Source: a virus
Taxonomy: Duplodnaviria; Caudoviricetes
Direction: 5' to 3' (one strand)
IMG/VR virus record: IMGVR_UViG_3300012953_000198
Span: 1-25,545 of that record
DNA: 25,545 nucleotides
Part shown: positions 19,395 to 25,545 of the stretch, piece after piece
Layout: the number at the start of each line of letters is the position of its first letter
How positions within the stretch are numbered: position 1 is the stretch's first letter
Notes under the pieces: generated by a model
What the model was told of the DNA's origin: nothing
Seen by the model: only the letters and a program-made list of their open reading frames with translations
Database searches by the model: none
Translations under genes and position numbers: made by a program

Positions 19395-19902
19395 TATATC
19401 TAATTATACAGACTTACTAAATGAAATAAAGGAAGAGTGCATTCAAAATCCTTGGAAAAAAGTTACTAAAACTGGTGACCCTATAAAGGACTATAAAAGC
19501 GTATTAGATAATTTAACAGAAGAGTTTAAACAAAAACATGAAAATAATTCTCACGTAATACTTTCTTCTAGAACAGTTTATAGGAGGCTTTCTTTAATTG
19601 GTAAATTAGAAACAAAATTAAAGCAAGACTTACAATGTAAAGGTGTTATAAGTAGTGGTATATTCCTTTATAAAAAAGGAGGCTACTGCGATTGGCACAA
19701 TGATAATAGAAAGTACACTTCTAGACTATATTTTTCTTTTGCATCAAAAGACAAGGAAAGTTTTTTTGCTACATATGATGATAAGTTGAAGGTAGATTAT
19801 GATAAAAAAGGTTGGCAATATAGAACATTTAACGTACCTATGTGGCATTGCGTAGGAAGTAATTGCAATAGGTTTTCACTAGGATTTAATATAATAGAAT
19901 AA
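19381..19902 (+). CDS. 2OG-Fe(II) oxygenase superfamily protein
   Basis: LYKKGGYCDWHND (HxD at 19696-19704), distal WH (His at 19846-19848) and RFSLGF (RxS) match the double-stranded beta-helix dioxygenase signature. Confidence 0.8.
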   Translation: MKQINISNYTDLLNEIKEECIQNPWKKVTKTGDPIKDYKSVLDNLTEEFKQKHENNSHVILSSRTVYRRLSLIGKLETKLKQDLQCKGVISSGIFLYKKGGYCDWHNDNRKYTSRLYFSFASKDKESFFATYDDKLKVDYDKKGWQYRTFNVPMWHCVGSNCNRFSLGFNIIE

Positions 19903-20384
19903 TGGCAGGCACTATTTCACAAAGAGTTTATGATTTGGTTTCTAATTATACAGATGAAAGTTTAATTATAATTAACCCAACTGATGTTCAGAGTGCAGCC
20001 CAAAACTTGCAAGATTCTATGATTAGTGCTCATAACGATGGAGACATAAATGTATCAGGAAACTATACATATTATAGCGATATATCTTCAGTAAGCACTA
20101 CTGATTTAGGCATAGATGCAATTAAAGAGGCTAATATTATAGCCAAGATAAAATCAGCAAATACAGTTTTTAACTTTAAAAATACAGTAAATAATAAGTA
20201 TATTATGGTGTACGATCAAAAAGCATTTGTATTTGATACAGAAGCAGACTTTGATAGTACAATGACATCTTTTAACTGGAGCACTGGTTCTGAAGTTTAT
20301 ACTGGAGGAAATAGTAATACAGTAACACAGCAATATAACAACAGTCTGAGTCCCTGGATGACAAACTCAGAAGAACATCAATAA
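19902..20384 (+). CDS. Hypothetical protein
   Basis: 160-aa N/S/T-rich ORF, TAATG coupled. Confidence 0.7.
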   Translation: MAGTISQRVYDLVSNYTDESLIIINPTDVQSAAQNLQDSMISAHNDGDINVSGNYTYYSDISSVSTTDLGIDAIKEANIIAKIKSANTVFNFKNTVNNKYIMVYDQKAFVFDTEADFDSTMTSFNWSTGSEVYTGGNSNTVTQQYNNSLSPWMTNSEEHQ

Positions 20385-20393
20385 GGAGCAAAA

Positions 20394-20552
20394 ATGGCGG
20401 ATAGTAAAGTAATAGATGAGCAAATAGCAAGCTTAGAAGAGCAGTTAGAAAATTCTAAAACAATGTATATTAAAATACAAGGTGCTATAGAGGCTTTAAA
20501 ACAAACTAAAGACCTATTGAAGGAAAAAACTACTAAAAAAGATAAAAAGTAG
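20394..20552 (+). CDS. 52-aa coiled-coil protein (not in the ORF track)
   Basis: MADSKVIDEQIASLEEQLENSKTMYIKIQGAIEALKQTKDLLKEKTTKKDKK. RBS TAAGGAG upstream. Confidence 0.8.
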   Translation: MADSKVIDEQIASLEEQLENSKTMYIKIQGAIEALKQTKDLLKEKTTKKDKK

Positions 20553-20633
20553 TTGTTTTCTTATATAAGGCTTTAATATATTATAATGGCTTAATGTAAG
20601 CTTTTATATACGTATACTAGGGGGTATTCATAA
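20553..20633 (+). promoter_or_regulatory. Putative promoter region upstream of the internal-virion gene cluster
   Basis: Longest intergenic gap (81 nt), very AT-rich. TTGTTT (20553-20558), 18 nt, TATATT (20577-20582), plus a perfect TATAAT at 20582-20587. AGGGGGT precedes ATG 20634. Confidence 0.5.
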
Positions 20634-21329
20634 ATGGGTTGGTTTTCAGCTCCAAAAAAAATAGATCCTAATAAGGTTTATGGAATGATGCAATCAGACT
20701 ACACCAAAACTCTTGGTGATAGAGCTGATCAAATGATAGATCCAAACAGTCCTTTAATGCAGGCACAATATAATGCAATGCAACAACAAGGACAAGATAC
20801 ATTATATACCCAAAATAGAATGAATAGAATGAATATGGCTGCTTCAGGTATGGGCGGTCAAAGTGGTATTGCTAATCAAATGTCAGCTGAAGCTTCGTCT
20901 AAAACTGCTGGTAATTTAGGAACTGCTTTTCAAAATATGTTGGGTTCTAATTTAAACGCATCTAACCAAGTATTAGGAACAGCTCAAAGTGCAGATATGC
21001 AAGCAAGAGATGCTATGGCTTCTGCTTACGGGCAAAATATAACTAATCAAAATAATTATAACTCTGCAATGGCAGGTAACGTTATGAAGCTTGGTGGAGC
21101 TGCATTAATGATGTGTGATGCTAGAATGAAAAATATATTAGGTAAAGTTGGTAAAGCTAAAATGAAGAATGGTAAAACTGCTAACTTATATAGATTTACC
21201 TATAAAAATAGCAAAAAGGGTACCGAACGCATAGGCGTAGTTGCTCAAGATTTAATGAAAAGTAATCCTAAAGCTGTACATAAAGGTAAAAATGGAATTA
21301 TGTACATTAAACCAGATGAGGTATTTTAA
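20634..21329 (+). CDS. Putative internal virion/ejection protein with a C-terminal peptidase S74-like (intramolecular chaperone) domain
   Basis: Q/N/M/A-rich helical body, then CDARMKNI...LYRFTYK...GVVAQDL...PKAV...NGIMYI, matching the S74 pattern SD.RLK.NI...Y.Y...G..AQ...P.AV. Confidence 0.75.
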   Translation: MGWFSAPKKIDPNKVYGMMQSDYTKTLGDRADQMIDPNSPLMQAQYNAMQQQGQDTLYTQNRMNRMNMAASGMGGQSGIANQMSAEASSKTAGNLGTAFQNMLGSNLNASNQVLGTAQSADMQARDAMASAYGQNITNQNNYNSAMAGNVMKLGGAALMMCDARMKNILGKVGKAKMKNGKTANLYRFTYKNSKKGTERIGVVAQDLMKSNPKAVHKGKNGIMYIKPDEVF

Positions 21330-21752
21330 ATGTTTCAAGCTTTAGGAGGACTATTAGGACAAGCAGCTACAGGCATAGGAAGTGTTGCTGGAAAATTAGG
21401 AATGGATAAATTTGGTGGCTTTATGGATAAAGCTGGAGGCTATCTTTCTGGTGGAAGCGGAGGCGGTGGAGGCGGTGCTTTAGGTACTGGCTTAGATTTT
21501 AGTCAAATGTCTCCTGACCAAATTAAAAAAGTTCAAGGAGAATTAGGTGTAACGGTTGATGGTATAGTAGGTCCAGAGACACAAGGTGCTTATGATACAT
21601 GGTCATCTGGTCAACCATCTCAAGACACGGCTCAAGGAGCAGATAATGCTGCTCAACAGGCAATGAATGAAGCTAAAAAAGAAAGTAAAGGCAATCCATT
21701 GCAAGACGCTTTTAATAATATGGACTTTGGACACTACCAAAGTTATAAATAA
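21330..21752 (+). CDS. Gly-rich putative internal virion protein with a peptidoglycan-binding motif
   Basis: Gly-rich amphipathic N-terminus. IKKVQGELGVTVDGIVGPETQGAY matches the PG_binding_1 DG..G..T signature. Confidence 0.7.
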   Translation: MFQALGGLLGQAATGIGSVAGKLGMDKFGGFMDKAGGYLSGGSGGGGGGALGTGLDFSQMSPDQIKKVQGELGVTVDGIVGPETQGAYDTWSSGQPSQDTAQGADNAAQQAMNEAKKESKGNPLQDAFNNMDFGHYQSYK

Positions 21753-21773
21753 TAATAACAAGGAGAGAGACAA

Positions 21774-22424
21774 ATGAGTTTAAGTAATTGGTGGGCAGGC
21801 AACGAAGGTTGGTTTCCCGATATTGGTGGTAAATCCACTACACAATCAATAAAAGATTTAACAGGTGCAGGTCCAAACGAAGGTTGGATTGCAGATGATA
21901 CACCTATTATAGGTACAAAAGAAAAAGCTAAAAATGCAGCAGGAAATGCAGCATACTATGGAGCAGCAACTTTATCTCCTATGGGTTTGCCAGCTGCTGC
22001 GGCATTAGATTATGCTTATGATGGTGGTATGGGATATAATGAAGATCCAGGAACTGGTGGGTTTGGAAAACAAACATCTATCAGAGAATTTGATATGAAT
22101 GACCCTGAATCAGTAATGAAAGTACAAAAAGCTTTAGGTGTTAAAGAAGATGGTAAATTTGGTCCTAAAACTGAAGCTGCATATAGAGAAAGAGTTGCTC
22201 AAGAAGAAGCTCTTGGAGGAAATGATCCTATAAAATATGATTATAATGATCAAATGGCTGCAGAAAGAAAAGCAAACGCTAGCACTAAATTAGGTGGTTG
22301 GCTTAAAAATGCTTGGTATAATGCAGATAAAGGTATGGGTGGAATACTTCCAGGGGGATATAATAGTGAAAACGTTATGACAGCAGAAGATTATAAAAAT
22401 AGACCAGGACAGGCTCCTCAATAA
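21774..22424 (+). CDS. Putative internal virion protein with a peptidoglycan-binding motif
   Basis: VMKVQKALGVKEDGKFGPKTEAAY. RBS AAGGAG upstream. Confidence 0.7.
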   Translation: MSLSNWWAGNEGWFPDIGGKSTTQSIKDLTGAGPNEGWIADDTPIIGTKEKAKNAAGNAAYYGAATLSPMGLPAAAALDYAYDGGMGYNEDPGTGGFGKQTSIREFDMNDPESVMKVQKALGVKEDGKFGPKTEAAYRERVAQEEALGGNDPIKYDYNDQMAAERKANASTKLGGWLKNAWYNADKGMGGILPGGYNSENVMTAEDYKNRPGQAPQ

Positions 22425-23410
22425 TGCCAGATTTCGGAACATATCAAGGACATCAAATCCTTAGTCAAGCTATGGATAATGCTGTTGGTAGTGTTAAAGA
22501 TGCTTTTGAATTTCATGAACAGAAAAAGAATAATGATATAGCTCGTAAAAGGGCTATAGCTTCTTATGCTGCTCAAGAAAAAGAAAATAAAGCTCAAACT
22601 GCCAGAGAAGGTATATTGCAAAATATGTTTAGAGATGTTTCTGACTCTCCTATCATACAAACAGGTCCAGATGGTAAGCCTGTAGTTGCAGAAAACTATC
22701 AAGATGTATTAGATACATGGACTAATCAACATAGTTATTCAGATTATATAAATCAATCTGGAAAGGGTTGGAGTGGAGAAGATTTAACGTATGCTGATAT
22801 GCAATATATTAATCAAGCCTCAACCGATTATGCTAAAACTAAATTACTTGGTCTAAAGAAAAGTCTCTCTCACTTAAATGAGGCCGAGTTTAATCAAATG
22901 TTTAAAGATAATCCAGGGTTTGCAAATGCAGTAGAAGGTTACCTTATGGAATTAGGTCAAGAAAAGTCTTCTGATGAAGATTTTTATGATGTATTTAATA
23001 AAGATAATGCGTCTAGTTCTTTGGCTGATGAAATATCGGCATCTAAATACTTTACTCCAGGTGATGATTATGATGGTTATATGACTATTCATGGAGATAC
23101 TTCAGATTGGGGTGGTGGCACATACTTTAAATCAAACACTTTAAATCCAACAAAAGATGATGTAAGAGAAAAAGGTATATTACTTCAAGCTATAGAAGAT
23201 ATGCGTAATTATGAGGTAGGTCAAAATCAGTGGACTCAATTAGACGATATGTGGTTAGAAGCGCAAGGCGATGGTAAGTTTACGTTAGGTGAAAATGATG
23301 GCTGGAGTGCTAACGATTATTATGAAGTAAGAGTTCATGAAGGTAAGGCTCAAGTTAAAGTAAAGGGTAAATGGCAAGATATGTCAGGAAGTTCAGCATC
23401 AATATGGTAA
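22424..23410 (+). CDS. Hypothetical protein, probable internal virion protein
   Basis: 328 aa, helical N-terminus and acidic C-terminus. Function from position only. Confidence 0.55.
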   Translation: MPDFGTYQGHQILSQAMDNAVGSVKDAFEFHEQKKNNDIARKRAIASYAAQEKENKAQTAREGILQNMFRDVSDSPIIQTGPDGKPVVAENYQDVLDTWTNQHSYSDYINQSGKGWSGEDLTYADMQYINQASTDYAKTKLLGLKKSLSHLNEAEFNQMFKDNPGFANAVEGYLMELGQEKSSDEDFYDVFNKDNASSSLADEISASKYFTPGDDYDGYMTIHGDTSDWGGGTYFKSNTLNPTKDDVREKGILLQAIEDMRNYEVGQNQWTQLDDMWLEAQGDGKFTLGENDGWSANDYYEVRVHEGKAQVKVKGKWQDMSGSSASIW

Positions 23411-23420
23411 GGAGAATATA

Positions 23421-24695
23421 ATGCCAATAATGGGACAAATGAGCTTAACTGGTGGCCAAATGCAGGCTCCAATTACAGCTGAAGAAAGACAGTTAAAAAA
23501 TGAAAGAAAAAGAGTCTTAGCTTATATTAGACAATATGAGCGTGCTCCCAATAACTTTAACAATACTATGATTTCTCAAATAGAGCGTATGGCTATGCAG
23601 TATCAAATTCCATTTCAAAGACAAGAAAAAACTGCTAGTTTTGGTGCTAACGCTTTAGCATTTGGAGGTGGATTAGCAGATTCTATAGTATTTGATTTAA
23701 TGCCAGATAAATGGTATTCAGATGAAAGTACTAGAGTAGCTAAAAACACTGGTAAAATAGGTGGTGCCGCGGCTCAAATAGCTGCAGCAGTAGCCGCAAC
23801 AATAGCATCAGGTGGGGCAGCAGCTCCTACAATTGGTGCAGCATTAGGTAATGTCGGTAAAGCAGGAGCAGCTCTTGCTACAGGTGTAAAAGGAGCTCAA
23901 GGTATGAGTAAAATTGCTCAAGCTGCAAAAGGATTAGGAGGAGTTGGTAAATCTGTAGGTTCTTTAGGAATGAATGCTATAGCTAAACTTCCTGTAGGAA
24001 GAATGACTAGTAGTGCAATCCAGTCAGGCAAACAAGCTTTAACACCTTATGGTGCAAATGCTGGATGGAATTGGGCTAAAAATGCTCAAACCGCAGCTAG
24101 TAGAAAAGTTCAAGCAGAAACATTGGTTAAAGGTAGACAAGCAATAGCTAATACTGGTAACTTAGAAGAAGTTGTTTCTGGAGCAAACTTAACTTCTGGT
24201 CAAGTTAAATCTTTAACTAATATGATTAATAGAACATATGGTAAAAATAGCAAGATTGCCAAAGAATATATATCTCAATTAAATACAGCTAATATGTCTG
24301 GTCCTATTAATTTAAATGGGTTAAAACCAGAGCAGATTATTAAAATGGCTAACGGATTAGATGGAAGAAAATTAGTGAATACAGCAAATATTAAAGCTGC
24401 TCTAGTAAAAGCTGGAGTTAAGAAGCCTACTAAACCTCAAATAGAAGTTATAGAAGAGTATTTAAAATCTAAAAATGTAACTAAATTAGATTCAGAAGCT
24501 GTAAAACAAATTGTAAAATTAGCTCAAAGAAAAGGAGCAACTGAATTACCTACTCCTGCATCTCTGGGTGATATAGATAAATGGCAAGCAGCAATGGCTG
24601 GTGGTATGGGCTTTGGTTCATTGTCTATGCTTAATAAAAGGGAACCAAGCAGACAAGAAATGGAAGATGCTGCGCTAGATCCTTTCAACGTATAA
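23421..24695 (+). CDS. Ala/Gly-rich putative DNA ejection (channel) protein
   Basis: Long hydrophobic A/G segment (AAAQIAAAVAATIASGGAAAPTIGAALG), Lys-rich distal half and a second hydrophobic patch near the C-terminus. RBS TAAGGAG. Confidence 0.6.
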   Translation: MPIMGQMSLTGGQMQAPITAEERQLKNERKRVLAYIRQYERAPNNFNNTMISQIERMAMQYQIPFQRQEKTASFGANALAFGGGLADSIVFDLMPDKWYSDESTRVAKNTGKIGGAAAQIAAAVAATIASGGAAAPTIGAALGNVGKAGAALATGVKGAQGMSKIAQAAKGLGGVGKSVGSLGMNAIAKLPVGRMTSSAIQSGKQALTPYGANAGWNWAKNAQTAASRKVQAETLVKGRQAIANTGNLEEVVSGANLTSGQVKSLTNMINRTYGKNSKIAKEYISQLNTANMSGPINLNGLKPEQIIKMANGLDGRKLVNTANIKAALVKAGVKKPTKPQIEVIEEYLKSKNVTKLDSEAVKQIVKLAQRKGATELPTPASLGDIDKWQAAMAGGMGFGSLSMLNKREPSRQEMEDAALDPFNV

Positions 24696-24706
24696 TGGAG
24701 TAATAA

Positions 24707-25545
24707 ATGTCGGAATATGCTGAACTCGACAGGCTGGTCGATTTCAAGCCTTTCTATAATCAGCAAACTACTGCTCGATTATTAGATGCTTACAAACAGA
24801 AACCTTGGGTTTTTAAACCTGAGTTAGTATCTCAATTAAAAAATCATGCCGTCCATTTTAAGATGGATATACCTGAACCTCCAACAGGAAGTCCTAGAGA
24901 TTCAGAATTTGATTTATTAAGAGGTGTTAAAGGCATGGGAGAAGGATTTCTTTCAGGCTTTACTACTTTTAATGTAGGCGAACCTTCAGAAAATGAATAT
25001 GAACGTATAATGCGTTCTATTGGTCAATTAGGTGGTTTTGTAGGTTATATACCTTCAGCACCATTTAAAGTATTGGGAATGAAAGGATTGGCTGATGCTG
25101 CTAGAGCATTAAAGGGCAATTCAGTTCCATTATGGCTATCCAAAAAAGCAACAGAAAAAGTTGCTCCTATTGTATCTAAAACATTAACTAAAGCTGCTAC
25201 AGTAAAAAATAGTGCTTATTCTGATGTTGCAAAATTCTTAACAACAGATAAAGCTAAGCACGTTGCAGAAGGTGCTTTTAATTTAGGTATTGCTAATAGT
25301 GTATCTGCATGGCAGTTAGGTGTTAATGAAATGCTTAAATCTGGGTTGCATGGCGCTGTTACTGGTGGTGCATTTAGAGGTATAGCAAATCTAGTTAATA
25401 AAGGAGGTATACCAAAGCTTGATCAGGAAACAGGGAAAATGGTTTACACAGCTACTCAGAATGAAGATAGGCTCATACGTGCAGCAGCGTCTTCATTATA
25501 TGAAGGGCTCCAATCGTCAATGCGAGGAGAAACAACTCCAGAACA
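24707..25545 (+). CDS. Putative large internal virion protein (3'-truncated; not in the ORF track)
   Basis: GGAG then ATG 24707. Frame reads MSEYAELDRLVDFKPFYNQQ...GLQSSMRGETTPE, open to the window end. G/A-rich amphipathic helices. Confidence 0.8.
   Translation, partial: MSEYAELDRLVDFKPFYNQQTTARLLDAYKQKPWVFKPELVSQLKNHAVHFKMDIPEPPTGSPRDSEFDLLRGVKGMGEGFLSGFTTFNVGEPSENEYERIMRSIGQLGGFVGYIPSAPFKVLGMKGLADAARALKGNSVPLWLSKKATEKVAPIVSKTLTKAATVKNSAYSDVAKFLTTDKAKHVAEGAFNLGIANSVSAWQLGVNEMLKSGLHGAVTGGAFRGIANLVNKGGIPKLDQETGKMVYTATQNEDRLIRAAASSLYEGLQSSMRGETTPE

Noticed and set aside
18750-20384. Possible paralogy of the two unknown genes flanking the oxygenase (shared NKYI and W-S-x-x-x-E patches)
   Set aside because: The matches are very short, occur in different order and are expected in N/Y/S-rich proteins.
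1332-24766. All minus-strand ORFs in the track (for example 1332-1517, 2539-2763, 3694-3906, 4421-4741, 8544-8771, 9219-9404, 9485-9703, 14868-15098, 17606-17863, 18421-18687, 22418-22702, 24524-24766)
   Set aside because: Short antisense shadows of well-supported + strand genes, with no recognisable motif.
1-25545. tRNA, CRISPR array, intron, intein or mobile element
   Set aside because: Intergenic gaps are at most 81 nt, and I saw no cloverleaf, spaced repeats, homing endonuclease, intein or transposase motifs by eye.

Overview
About 25.5 kb of an AT-rich, gene-dense dsDNA tailed-phage genome, containing the virion morphogenesis module. All credible genes are on the + strand and many are translationally coupled. 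The order is: portal (5'-truncated), scaffold, major capsid protein, head-tail adaptor/ring proteins, small fibre-like proteins, a cluster of tiny genes (two holin-like, a Zn-ribbon protein, a metallophosphoesterase), a 1488-aa nozzle/stabilisation-like protein, a 1275-aa fibre/spike, a 2OG-Fe(II) oxygenase cassette, and a run of probable internal-virion (DNA ejection) proteins, the last 3'-truncated. The layout, with no tape-measure, tube or sheath gene in view, suggests a podovirus-type virion. Six real-looking ORFs missing from the supplied track were found by hand. The most interesting observations are: (i) a fibre motif that appears split across gene boundaries twice, suggesting daisy-chained fibre segments; (ii) an adaptor split into two genes; (iii) an ejection module with an S74-like autoprotease carrying Cys in place of the catalytic Ser, two peptidoglycan-binding-motif proteins, and two proteins sharing an N-terminal domain. 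All family calls rest on remembered motifs and gene order, not on database searches.
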